A DNA stretch of 64,000 nucleotides, taken from a virus. Its lineage: Duplodnaviria; Heunggongvirae; Uroviricota; Caudoviricetes. The notes beneath the pieces were generated by a model. The model did no database searches, was not told the origin of the DNA, and saw nothing but the letters and a program-made list of their open reading frames with translations. A program made the position numbers and the translations under genes. Position 1 is the first letter of the stretch, and every line of letters begins with the position of its first letter. Where the stretch lies: IMG/VR virus record IMGVR_UViG_3300024518_005076; one strand, written 5' to 3'. This document shows, piece by piece, positions 10,676-19,707 of this stretch.

Positions 10676-11173
10676 TCAGTCTCCAGCGCCGGATCCGGCG
10701 CTCTCGTCAGAGTCCTTATCATCTTCCTTCAGACTGTCCGTAATTGTACTCAATGCGTGTTCCATCAGGTCAGTCCAGACTGAACCTTGAAGTGCGGTCA
10801 TCCAGAAGTCTCGCAGCTGACGCATCCCGTCCCGGTCCAGGTTATCGAACGTCTCGTCGATATCTTCCTGCTTGATATCAGAGTTTGCCTTCTTCGATGA
10901 TTGGCAGAATGCGAAGTACAGCCCTTCCGGGGTACTGGTCCACCTGTTGACGTCCTCATCGCTGATGATGATTCCGTTCATATAGGTATCCAGGGCGACA
11001 TTGGTCTGTGAGATCATCGCAGCTGGGTCGTTGGGCAGGCTGCCCACGAAATCCTTGAAAGCGGCCCCGCGAACCTTCCTGATCTCCTCGGCAGCCTGCA
11101 TCCGGAAACGGTGTCCCAGATTCCCAAACTTGAAGTTCTTACGGTTGATTTTCAGTGTGAAATCTTTACTCAT
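10676..11173 (-). CDS. Tail assembly chaperone-like protein (165 aa, acidic C-terminus)
   Basis: ORF immediately upstream of the tape measure gene. Confidence 0.5.
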   Translation of the reverse strand: MSKDFTLKINRKNFKFGNLGHRFRMQAAEEIRKVRGAAFKDFVGSLPNDPAAMISQTNVALDTYMNGIIISDEDVNRWTSTPEGLYFAFCQSSKKANSDIKQEDIDETFDNLDRDGMRQLRDFWMTALQGSVWTDLMEHALSTITDSLKEDDKDSDESAGSGAGD

Positions 11174-11175
11174 GT

Positions 11176-11949
11176 CTATCCCTTTGTTAATCCAGCCAGT
11201 GCGGGTCGTCCACTGGCAATGTTTTTGGCCATGACCCTGTATCGCTCAGTGTATTCTTTTCGCAGAATCCTGGTATGTTTCTTTGCCTGCATCTCCAGAA
11301 CACTCTTCTCATTGGAGACGTCCTCGATCTGGTCTTCAGTCTTCCTGATCATCAGAGATATCTGCCCGAGCGTGAGATTGGCGACATCGGCTGGAGAGAT
11401 ATTAAATGGCTCCTTGATTAGAGAGCCAAACAGGGATGAGCGTTCACGCATGAATCCCTCATCTCCGCCCCCTGACGATTCAGCCAGGACAAGAATTTCG
11501 TAGATGTAGCAGATATCAGCGTCACCAGTCGCAACGTCAATACTCCACTCAATCTTGTGTGACCACTCGTAGCCCTGATCCTCAATTTCGCGACAGTAGC
11601 TCTCCTGAGCCTCAAGGAAGTCCATTCCCGACGAATCCCTTGTAGCCTGCCAGTAGGACAGCACGCGGCCCTCTGGAGACCTGTAATAGCGATTCAGGTC
11701 TGAGCCCCGACAACCAATCCACTTGTGCCGGATAGGCGGGAGAATACCCTCAAGGAACGCTACGCGGTCGTCGTAGTCCTTTATGCGCATAGCAAAGTAC
11801 CTGGCGTGGAAAAGCGGATCGTTTCGCAGATACATGATCTGCGCTTCCACTTCTGCCAGGTGCTTGAGGGTTCGACCCCGAATTTGTACCGGCTTTCCCT
11901 GAACAATAATCAGCGGGCCGACACCACAGAGTGTTGAGAGCCCACTCAT
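11176..11949 (-). CDS. Hypothetical tail-module protein (257 aa)
   Basis: ORF packed between tail tube candidate and chaperone. Confidence 0.5.
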   Translation of the reverse strand: MSGLSTLCGVGPLIIVQGKPVQIRGRTLKHLAEVEAQIMYLRNDPLFHARYFAMRIKDYDDRVAFLEGILPPIRHKWIGCRGSDLNRYYRSPEGRVLSYWQATRDSSGMDFLEAQESYCREIEDQGYEWSHKIEWSIDVATGDADICYIYEILVLAESSGGGDEGFMRERSSLFGSLIKEPFNISPADVANLTLGQISLMIRKTEDQIEDVSNEKSVLEMQAKKHTRILRKEYTERYRVMAKNIASGRPALAGLTKG

Positions 11950-11952
11950 AGA

Positions 11953-12339
11953 TTACGTCCTTAGGCCAGCTCCAGTCCAAACGCCATCAGTCATGAATGG
12001 CACAGATGCACGCTGGACAGTACCTTCCCGGTTTCCCGTGAAGTTGAACTGGCCCAGTCGAGCAGTTCCTGTTGCCAGCGTGAGGCCAGTCTGACCCAGA
12101 AGAGTCAGCGTGACAAGGTCACCTGTCTCAGCCAGATCGGCGGCGAGGGCGTCAGCATCAACGACCATATTCATGGTCCCGCTGCCACGTTCTGCCGTGC
12201 AGACTGTTTCGGAAGCACCGTCGCCGCTCACGGCGAAGTACTCTTCGTTCGGGGAGCCGTACGTCAGATCCCAGTCGGTCACGGCAACCATTGTGCAACT
12301 GCCGATGGTCATGTAGCCTTGCTTACCAGAAAGGGCCAT
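11953..12339 (-). CDS. Putative major tail tube protein (128 aa)
   Basis: Position upstream of chaperones/tape measure; Gly/Thr-rich. Confidence 0.45.
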   Translation of the reverse strand: MALSGKQGYMTIGSCTMVAVTDWDLTYGSPNEEYFAVSGDGASETVCTAERGSGTMNMVVDADALAADLAETGDLVTLTLLGQTGLTLATGTARLGQFNFTGNREGTVQRASVPFMTDGVWTGAGLRT

Positions 12340-12360
12340 GTTTCTCTCTCCTTGAGATTA

Positions 12361-12810
12361 CTAAGCCGGAGTCGTCCGGGCTTTCTTCCACATTAGGGTA
12401 AAGTCAACGTACCCAGCATAGACATTCTTGTCTGGAAGCTTGTACGCCTCACGTCCTTCGAACCGAACATCAATCACATCACCTTCTGAAATGACCAATG
12501 GATTGGTTCCGGCCCGGTCAGAATCGTTGATATTTGACTCAATAGTATCGAGGAATCCTTCCAGCGCAACTAGATCAGTATGCCAGACTTTGAAGCGGAC
12601 CTCGGTTATTCTGATGCTGTACTCGACTGCATCTTCATAGACGGTGTCAGGCCCCAGTCCATACTCGGCTCGGGGCATGTCTTTGTTGGCATCTGATTCT
12701 GGCGTGGAGTCCGCCCCCATCAGGCCCCAGTTTCCCCGATAGAGCTTAGCTATCGAAGTGTCCAGGCTGGCGTCATTCCATCGGTCGTAGATGCCCTTGC
12801 CGAGTGGCAT
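12361..12810 (-). CDS. Head-tail joining/tail completion protein (149 aa)
   Basis: ORF in morphogenesis module. Confidence 0.5.
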   Translation of the reverse strand: MPLGKGIYDRWNDASLDTSIAKLYRGNWGLMGADSTPESDANKDMPRAEYGLGPDTVYEDAVEYSIRITEVRFKVWHTDLVALEGFLDTIESNINDSDRAGTNPLVISEGDVIDVRFEGREAYKLPDKNVYAGYVDFTLMWKKARTTPA

Positions 12811-13430
12811 TAGTTGATATTCCCCCTAAAGAGAAGTCTGCGGACAATCCACTCTGTCTCTTCGAAGACCGCGTCGTCGATACCTTTGCGAGCCGGAATC
12901 TCAAACGACTTACTTGTGAGGATGTAGTGAAGCTCGCTTTCGTTTTCGCCAGTTCCGAGAAAGATCCCAAATGGAGCACTGTACTTCTTCCCGCCCCCAT
13001 CCTTCTGGTTCATCCTTCGTATGATTCGAACCCCAGGAAAACTCCGAGCCGAGTTACCGTCACTAGACCACTGCTTGGCAGCCCAGCTGTATGGAATTGC
13101 CAGGTATTTTCCATTCTTCGGACTGATTCGCCTCACATTTGAAACTAGCTTTTCCCGAGCCGCAAATGGCCCGGTCGTAGAGATTCTGATCGCAAAGGGG
13201 TTAATTCTTTTGACTTGAACAGACTCTCTCAGGTGTCCCTGGACTCGGGTGGGATGCTCTCCGCCCACGCTGTAGCGCGTCCGAGCAGATTTGCTCCACT
13301 TCTTTCGAATGCGGTGTTGCAGTCCCTTCCGGATTTCCTCGATCCGACTCTTGAGCACATTCTCCAACCTGAGCGAAAACTCTCCGCCCGTGTTTTTGAT
13401 TGTGACAGTTTGTCGGCCTCTCTTAGCCAT
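12810..13430 (-). CDS. Virion morphogenesis protein (about 206 aa, start at internal ATG 13430)
   Basis: ORF; basic protein in head-tail joining region. Confidence 0.5.
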   Translation of the reverse strand: MAKRGRQTVTIKNTGGEFSLRLENVLKSRIEEIRKGLQHRIRKKWSKSARTRYSVGGEHPTRVQGHLRESVQVKRINPFAIRISTTGPFAAREKLVSNVRRISPKNGKYLAIPYSWAAKQWSSDGNSARSFPGVRIIRRMNQKDGGGKKYSAPFGIFLGTGENESELHYILTSKSFEIPARKGIDDAVFEETEWIVRRLLFRGNIN

Positions 13431-13755
13431 CGATTCTCCCAGAGCGTATCTCAAGATCCTTATCAGCCAGAGTGTCCTCAAGGGACTCTCGGATTGTCAG
13501 ATACTCATCAGTCCCGTCAGTGACATACTGATCGTTCCGGCCACAGTGGACCAGAAGCTCATAAACGTCGTCTCCAGTCACGAAGGTGCTGCTCAGATAG
13601 ACGTCTGTGGACGTCTCGTCGATCGCTTCCAGTAATCCAATCCTGACGACCCCGCCCAAGACAAGGCTTTTTCCATCAGGGGGGTCGTTGATTCGGTCCA
13701 GTTCGTCAATGAATTCTTCCGTGCTGTTGAATGAGATGTTCATCGTTTGATCCAT
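13423..13755 (-). CDS. Head-tail connector-like protein (110 aa)
   Basis: ORF, small overlaps with neighbours typical of morphogenesis operons. Confidence 0.45.
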   Translation of the reverse strand: MDQTMNISFNSTEEFIDELDRINDPPDGKSLVLGGVVRIGLLEAIDETSTDVYLSSTFVTGDDVYELLVHCGRNDQYVTDGTDEYLTIRESLEDTLADKDLEIRSGRIDG

Positions 13756-14150
13756 AAAGCGGCGATTCCCAGCCTCTCCCGGTGCTCTACACTGAGCTTT
13801 TTTGGGTTGTAGGCTGCGAGATATTTTTCTGCTTTTTCGAACTCTGTCTTGTCCTTGATTCTGATTAACGCTCCTTTCGGAGATAGATGCATCTCCCTTA
13901 GAACCTTCTCTTCCAGAACAGGAAGGCTTCCCAGTTCTGGGATCTGGTCTGGGATCTCAGATGCCGATTGTGGAAGTTCGTCATCCCGAACCTTTGGAAA
14001 CTCGTCACCAGTAATTGTTGGAGCAACAGGCTTCTTCAGTTTCTTAGCGCCCGAGTCGGCGCTCAGTTCCAGTTTTCCTTCTCCTGAACCACTGTTCTCC
14101 AGATGCTGTTTCTTCCTGCCATGTCGAACGACGGATTTTTTACGCGGCAT
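13740..14150 (-). CDS. Hypothetical protein with basic N-terminus (136 aa)
   Basis: ORF. Confidence 0.45.
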   Translation of the reverse strand: MPRKKSVVRHGRKKQHLENSGSGEGKLELSADSGAKKLKKPVAPTITGDEFPKVRDDELPQSASEIPDQIPELGSLPVLEEKVLREMHLSPKGALIRIKDKTEFEKAEKYLAAYNPKKLSVEHRERLGIAALWIKR

Positions 14151-14431
14151 GTTCTTGCGATTCCTGTGTTATCAGTCCAAGTGACTCGGTCTTCGGTCTG
14201 AAGCTGAGGATCAGATGCGGTATACATACACCATGCAATTGCAGTTTCCCGAATTCCATATTCAATTCGCTCATCGGCTGTTGCGGTCTGCATATCAGCC
14301 TGGACAGTCGTAGGTAAGGCACCTCGATTTCCAGTGCTCCACGCTAACGAGACTCCGCCATGAGCGTCTGTCGTGTCGGCTTCCCTCTCCATTGTGATGG
14401 CAAACCGATCGCACATACTGGAGATGCTCAT
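14063..14431 (-). CDS. Hypothetical head-tail protein (122 aa; start may be internal)
   Basis: ORF; overlaps upstream ORF by 88 nt in a different frame. Confidence 0.35.
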   Translation of the reverse strand: MSISSMCDRFAITMEREADTTDAHGGVSLAWSTGNRGALPTTVQADMQTATADERIEYGIRETAIAWCMYTASDPQLQTEDRVTWTDNTGIARTCRVKNPSFDMAGRNSIWRTVVQEKENWN

Positions 14432-15117
14432 ATGAACTCCCCGTAGTAAACAATCGGATCGAGATTAGCCATGGTTCTTCCCAGGAGCCCGCTTGGTGCG
14501 TTCCACTCTGCCTGCATTGTGGATGTGTCCGCGTACTTCACTGTGTAGTCCTTGAGTCTCTCCATTGTGACTGGCCCAGCCCCAGCCGTGACATTCTGCT
14601 GCTGTTTTGCGAAGTTGTACCTGGCCAATGTCTCGTTAAAGACAGCCTCTCGCACAAAGTGAAATTCATCGTCCAGCTGGGTTGATGTGAACCCGGCAAG
14701 ATAGACCACTTTGACTGTACGAGGACTGATCGGCCAGTTCTTCTGGTATCGTCTCAAGATGCCCGCATGGCTCAGTGTACTGATTTCGGTGTCTAACCAG
14801 AAATCTGTATCTATGGTCAGTGCTGTATCTGAGTCGAAATCCGCTGCGTTCTGTCCACCGCGAGAGTTGTAATCCTCGTGAACAGTGGTCACAGAGGCGA
14901 CGAACGGCTCCGGCAATTGAAGCTCGTTACTGTCCTGTCTCCAGCGTGGCAGGATGTGAGTATGCGTGGCCCGAGTAATTGTCCAGCGGACGTACTGGCG
15001 GATCTGAGCCTCAACACGCAGCCTGATAGCATCAAGCATCGCAGTGTCAGCGGCAGCCAAAGCTGTTCCGAGCTGCAACTCTATGTTTGCCGTTGTGGCA
15101 ATGTCTGTCAGTGCCAT
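14428..15117 (-). CDS. Hypothetical virion protein (229 aa)
   Basis: ORF. Confidence 0.55.
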   Translation of the reverse strand: MALTDIATTANIELQLGTALAAADTAMLDAIRLRVEAQIRQYVRWTITRATHTHILPRWRQDSNELQLPEPFVASVTTVHEDYNSRGGQNAADFDSDTALTIDTDFWLDTEISTLSHAGILRRYQKNWPISPRTVKVVYLAGFTSTQLDDEFHFVREAVFNETLARYNFAKQQQNVTAGAGPVTMERLKDYTVKYADTSTMQAEWNAPSGLLGRTMANLDPIVYYGEFI

Positions 15118-15212
15118 TGTGCGTTACCCAAAGAAAAGAGGCGAGGACCGCAATTCGATCCTCGCCTTTATAGGCTTGCCTATGCGGCAGTCTGGACTCT
15201 CAGATTACTGGC

Positions 15213-15617
15213 TTACCAGGAAGTCTTCCGCGACATCAGAGTGATGCCAACCAGAAAACTCGGGCTGGTTCCGGCGATCGTCAGGACAGCTCGCACGTAT
15301 CGCTCTTTGCGATTATGGAACTGAGCCGTGAAGACCGTGTTGTCATCCGTGCCTGTGATCTGTGTCAGGGTGGCACCTGTAATGTCCGCCCAGGCGTCAG
15401 CAGCTTCAGGATCAGCCGAGTTTTCGTTTCGGCTTTCCTGCAGCTTAATGTCCAGAGTCGGGCTGGTTCCAGTTGCAGCACCCAAATTGACGATCACGAA
15501 GACGTCTGGACCGCAGTCCTGACAGTCGTGTGAGCTGCTGTTTGCAGTCGCCGTGGTTGCAGCAGGATCCAGAACCTGCGTGGTATTGAAGTAATTAACC
15601 ATATCAATCGAACTCAT
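15213..15617 (-). CDS. Hypothetical virion protein (134 aa)
   Basis: ORF downstream of capsid gene. Confidence 0.5.
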   Translation of the reverse strand: MSSIDMVNYFNTTQVLDPAATTATANSSSHDCQDCGPDVFVIVNLGAATGTSPTLDIKLQESRNENSADPEAADAWADITGATLTQITGTDDNTVFTAQFHNRKERYVRAVLTIAGTSPSFLVGITLMSRKTSW

Positions 15618-15632
15618 CTCGGTTCTCCTCGA

Positions 15633-16115
15633 TTACTTCCCAGAGCGGGAAGAGGGTTTTTGGCTTTCCGCGACAATCCCTCGGACGATTGATTCGATCA
15701 AGTGAACGGAAACCATTCCATTCGTGATCGCATTCTGGTGCCTCTTGGGAACTTTGTCAGTCTTCCTGACATCAAGGACGAGAAACTGATAGTCAACCTG
15801 ACCCAGCTGTTCTCGTGCCTTGTATTTCTTAAGCCACTCGTTGTGCGTGGACAAAAGGCCGTTCACGATTGTCCCCGTGAAGGACTCCGATGGAGTCACA
15901 ACATTGGGCTGATGAACGTGTTCGAAATCACCATTCCCCAGAGCAACAACCTTCCGCTTTCTGCCCTGGTACATCCGATCTTCAGGCGACCAGCTCGAAT
16001 GCTGACCCAGTTGAAGTGTGACTTCGTAAAAGCCGCTCTCTTCGCTCTCAGGCAGAAACTCGTGTGGCTTGACTTGCTCCGCACTAAGGGCTTCGATTTT
16101 CTCTGCAACAGCCAT
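15633..16115 (-). CDS. Hypothetical head protein (160 aa)
   Basis: ORF immediately downstream of major capsid gene. Confidence 0.5.
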   Translation of the reverse strand: MAVAEKIEALSAEQVKPHEFLPESEESGFYEVTLQLGQHSSWSPEDRMYQGRKRKVVALGNGDFEHVHQPNVVTPSESFTGTIVNGLLSTHNEWLKKYKAREQLGQVDYQFLVLDVRKTDKVPKRHQNAITNGMVSVHLIESIVRGIVAESQKPSSRSGK

Positions 16116-16182
16116 TCTTGACTCCGGTTTTGAGGGTGGAACACAGGGCGGATCAGGTCCGATCCGCCCCTAGTCCTTATTT

Positions 16183-17607
16183 TTAGCCATTCACCAGCTG
16201 GTCGATAAGACCAAAACTGTTTTCGTGGCGAGGAACCGCATCGATGTAGTGCGTACCACGCATCGTGAAGATGCCAGAAGCAAAGTTGCTTCCATGGCTG
16301 TCCGTGACCTTAACCTCCATCATCGGAGACCGGCCAATGAACAACTCAGAGGGGACGCCACCCAGAACGTAAGTCAGGTCCGTGCCTGAACTCTTCGCTC
16401 GGATGTTGTTAACCTGCGTACCGGTGAACACTGGGTGTCCGCCGATCGATTCCCGAACTCCGCCGTCGCCATAAGCGAGAGCAGCAGCACGGAACTTCGG
16501 CTGACCCTGGGAATCTTCGCGATACTTCAGGGCTGCCCAGATCAGATTCCGCATCGTGAGGAACGTGCCCGTGCCGACAGGAGCGTTGTTGTCCGCGATC
16601 TTCGCGAGCAGCAACTCAGGATCCTTGGGCTCAAGCGTGTCGCCATTGGCACCAGTTGTGCTGGCGGTATGGGTCTGGATTCCGGAGTACCGGATCAGGC
16701 CCTGGATGTATGCTCCACCCGGACCATCACAAATGTCCTGATCGACGTTCAGGGCGATGTCCTTGGTGATTTCATCTCGAACAAAAGCGTCTGCAGACAC
16801 GGTCGTCGAGAATCGCATGAACTCTTCGGTCATCTCAACCAGGCCGTTGTACTTTTTGGCCTGCAGCAAGACGTCCGCAGTTGTCGGAGTACTTTCACTC
16901 ACAGCTTCCGATTCCGCGTGAGCCGTAATCGTGACAGCGCCGGTCACTTTCGGGTAGCGAATCTGGCCCTGTTGCGGCATCGGGACTTCCCGAACGCCCG
17001 GAATCCGACCCCAGAGGGAGCTGGCTCGCAGGAATTCAATCAGTTCACCCTGCTGCGGGAAATCAACAAACGTCCCACCAGTCGTGGCGGTACGATATGT
17101 CAAATCCTTGCTCAGTCGCTTGGACAGCCAGGCCGCTTCATCCGGGTCGAAACTGCCCAGATTCGTGTTCATCTGACGCCACTCTTTGGTCAGCTCGGAG
17201 CCATCCTGCTCCATATAAGCTGAGCCGATCGGAACCATGAAGGCACCGCCGACCGTCTGGCCTTTGCTCTTGGATTCCTTGGCCAGCTTCTGGCAGAAGT
17301 CCATTTCGAGCTTGCAGTCTTCAGTATACTCCTGCTTCGTGGCGTGAAGGACAAGTCCCTTGGCCAGGCGGGAGAAGCTGAATGCTCGGCTCGTGTTGAC
17401 AGATTCGCCAACCGACATCCCTGGAGCACCTTGCATCCACGGAGCCTGTGCTTTCGAGTGCTCATCGACGGTCTTCGCAAGCGACTCCACATTGGCAGTC
17501 ATCTTCTCGAAGCCATCAGCCAGATCTTCGATGCTCTTCGCGATGAACTCAGCAGGATCAGTCGCGCTTTCTTCGGTCGCATTGGCAGCGGTATTGGTGT
17601 CAGCCAT
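16183..17607 (-). CDS. Major capsid protein, HK97-fold family (start at MADTNTAANA...)
   Basis: 475-aa ORF with typical Phage_capsid composition; preceded by scaffold, protease-position and portal genes. Confidence 0.8.
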   Translation of the reverse strand: MADTNTAANATEESATDPAEFIAKSIEDLADGFEKMTANVESLAKTVDEHSKAQAPWMQGAPGMSVGESVNTSRAFSFSRLAKGLVLHATKQEYTEDCKLEMDFCQKLAKESKSKGQTVGGAFMVPIGSAYMEQDGSELTKEWRQMNTNLGSFDPDEAAWLSKRLSKDLTYRTATTGGTFVDFPQQGELIEFLRASSLWGRIPGVREVPMPQQGQIRYPKVTGAVTITAHAESEAVSESTPTTADVLLQAKKYNGLVEMTEEFMRFSTTVSADAFVRDEITKDIALNVDQDICDGPGGAYIQGLIRYSGIQTHTASTTGANGDTLEPKDPELLLAKIADNNAPVGTGTFLTMRNLIWAALKYREDSQGQPKFRAAALAYGDGGVRESIGGHPVFTGTQVNNIRAKSSGTDLTYVLGGVPSELFIGRSPMMEVKVTDSHGSNFASGIFTMRGTHYIDAVPRHENSFGLIDQLVNG

Positions 17608-17624
17608 GACAGTTTCTCTCCAGT

Positions 17625-18317
17625 TTAGGTGTCCTGGCCGCACGCGCGGGCCATAGAGCAGTTGATTTCGTCCAGTCGTTCCGCCAGACCAGACATCGAA
17701 GATGTGACCGTAGTCAGACTCTTAACAACCTCAGTTGTTGAGTCCGCCTTACGGAGCTTCTTGCGTTCCCGCATAATTTCGACTGCTTTTGCAAGCGGGT
17801 CGATCTTCTTCTCTTCCGTCTTCGTCTCAACATCGTCGTTTTTAACGATGGTATCCGAGGTCTCGTCATCCCCATCCTTGGGTTCAGTCGCAGGCTCTTC
17901 CTGCTTGACGAGACTTTTGATCTCTTCGAAGCTCTTCTCGATTTCTTCCTTCTCGACCTTCATGGTGGACGCAACAATGTTGACTGCGCTTTCCAAGTCG
18001 GACATTCTCTCGCCGAGCTTGTCCATTGTGGTTCTCAGTCGAATTCCAACCTCAGGCTCGGCGTCTTCATCCCAGTCAGAATGATGGATATCAATTCCGA
18101 CATGCTCTTTGAGAAGTTCAATCAACGGCTGAGCCTGGTCAGCAGTCAGGCCTTCGATGCTCTTCAGGATCTCGACAGCCTGGCTGATTTCATCCATGGA
18201 CGTGTCCTCTTTTGTCAGTACAACAAAATCCGAACCTGGCACAGCGCCTTTTCGGACGAGGCTGACCTCTCCGATTGAGACATCGCTCAGGCGTCGTCGT
18301 TTGTTTGTTTCAGACAT
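17625..18317 (-). CDS. Head scaffolding protein (acidic, coiled-coil)
   Basis: Glu/Asp/Lys-rich helical ORF directly upstream of capsid gene. Confidence 0.55.
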   Translation of the reverse strand: MSETNKRRRLSDVSIGEVSLVRKGAVPGSDFVVLTKEDTSMDEISQAVEILKSIEGLTADQAQPLIELLKEHVGIDIHHSDWDEDAEPEVGIRLRTTMDKLGERMSDLESAVNIVASTMKVEKEEIEKSFEEIKSLVKQEEPATEPKDGDDETSDTIVKNDDVETKTEEKKIDPLAKAVEIMRERKKLRKADSTTEVVKSLTTVTSSMSGLAERLDEINCSMARACGQDT

Positions 18318-18514
18318 TAAAACCATCCATGTGTTAGAATCTGATAGACAAGTATCGCATAAAGGCACTACCAGGTGTCAAGATCAACTCACAGCTTTGA
18401 TCCGATCTCAAAAACTACCGGCTTAGTGCTCCAGAAAGAGCCAGGAAATGTCAGCTGAACCTGCTCTGTGGCAATTCCGGCGTTCTGCCATATAGAGATT
18501 CGAAGCCATCATCA

Positions 18515-18952
18515 TTATTCGGTTCCTTGTTCAGTTTCCGAAACAACTTCCTCAATCTCGGTATGTCCAGCGTTTCCGCCAATAGAGAATCCATTGAACG
18601 TGCCGTCACGGACGGACTTTTGAAGCTCTTCAGATTCTGGGGGAATTCGATACTCTGTAACCATCGACCCCTTTACGATCTCTGACCCTTCGATCTCAAA
18701 ATCACATGGGGCGATGAAACACTGAGTCAGTTGAACGTCCTGCTTGGAAAGCATGGTGCGATGCCCGACTCCCGACACCTGGCTGCGAATCATGTAATCT
18801 CTGGATGCCTTCCTGATCTCATCGGAACTGATAATGTCCCCCTGGTGATCAGTCACTTCAGGAACCAAAGGCGATCCATAGATGTAGATGCTTCCGTCCT
18901 CCCCTTCGGACGACTTAAAGACAGAATTCGACAGTTTGACATTTTCAGACAT
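18515..18952 (-). CDS. Head maturation protein (prohead protease position; about 146 aa)
   Basis: ORF between portal and scaffold; function inferred from position only. Confidence 0.35.
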   Translation of the reverse strand: MSENVKLSNSVFKSSEGEDGSIYIYGSPLVPEVTDHQGDIISSDEIRKASRDYMIRSQVSGVGHRTMLSKQDVQLTQCFIAPCDFEIEGSEIVKGSMVTEYRIPPESEELQKSVRDGTFNGFSIGGNAGHTEIEEVVSETEQGTE

Positions 18953-18963
18953 GGAGAAACCTA

Positions 18964-19707
18964 ATGAGTGAAAGGTTAGATTCGGTCGCAATCAAGTTCC
19001 GCGTATCGAACGAACTGTCAGTCCTGCTTCAGGACGCTGCTGGAAACAGACACCTTGATAAGGCAGAAATGATAAGGCAGGTACTGGCCTCGTGGCTAGG
19101 TCGTCCCGATACAGCACAGCTCACAAACTCACTGAATATTACGTCTCGAAAGGCTATGGCCAGGGTAGATATCGGGTTAGAGAAACTCAGGCAGGGTATG
19201 AAATCTGGCTGGAAAGATCTGTCTTCCGGAATTATTGATCTTCTGAACTGTGGCTATGTCCGGATGGCGGACAGATACTGGAGATTCGCCAACAACCTCA
19301 ACTTGAAGAGTCGGCATCTTGAGGGTACTAAACCTCTTGCCGACATGAAGCTCATGATTAAAGAGCGAGCGCTCTATCTGGAGGAGAGCCTGTTCCCCCA
19401 ATGGATCTCAGGCGAACCAAGGACTGTTGGACTCTTCGTGATCAACAGAAAGCTCAAGAAGGGAACTCGCGAGGAGCTTCTTCGTGTGAAGTCTCCCCAC
19501 GATCTCCCGCTGCTTGACGACAAAATACTGGCCCATCACCGAGTTCCGGTTACTCCGAAAATCAGTTCGCGTTATTCAGGGCCATTCGACCAACCTGAAC
19601 TGGCTTTGCCTGAGGCTGAGCAGATCCATTCTGGTCAGGTTTCTCCGGGGTTTTGCCTGCAGGATCCTGCCCTGGCTCAATCGGAATCCCAGTGTTCGGG
19701 TCAATGA
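18964..19707 (+). CDS. Ribbon-helix-helix (Arc/CopG-like) DNA-binding protein, opposite strand inside the morphogenesis operon; 3' end overlaps portal C-terminus so true stop may be earlier
   Basis: N-terminal 'VAIKFRVSNELSVLLQDAAGNRHLDKAEMIRQVLASWL' matches the RHH beta-alpha-alpha pattern; fills a 570-nt minus-strand gap. Confidence 0.5.
   Translation: MSERLDSVAIKFRVSNELSVLLQDAAGNRHLDKAEMIRQVLASWLGRPDTAQLTNSLNITSRKAMARVDIGLEKLRQGMKSGWKDLSSGIIDLLNCGYVRMADRYWRFANNLNLKSRHLEGTKPLADMKLMIKERALYLEESLFPQWISGEPRTVGLFVINRKLKKGTREELLRVKSPHDLPLLDDKILAHHRVPVTPKISSRYSGPFDQPELALPEAEQIHSGQVSPGFCLQDPALAQSESQCSGQ

Noticed and set aside
10676-11949. Looked for a programmed -1 frameshift (G/GT-type) in the two ORFs upstream of the tape measure gene
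   Set aside because: The two ORFs are separated by 2 nt without an overlapping extended frame or an obvious slippery heptamer, so no frameshift is claimed.
16435-17223. 262-aa plus-strand ORF inside the capsid gene region
   Set aside because: Antisense to the major capsid protein gene; Arg/Ser/Gly-rich shadow ORF.
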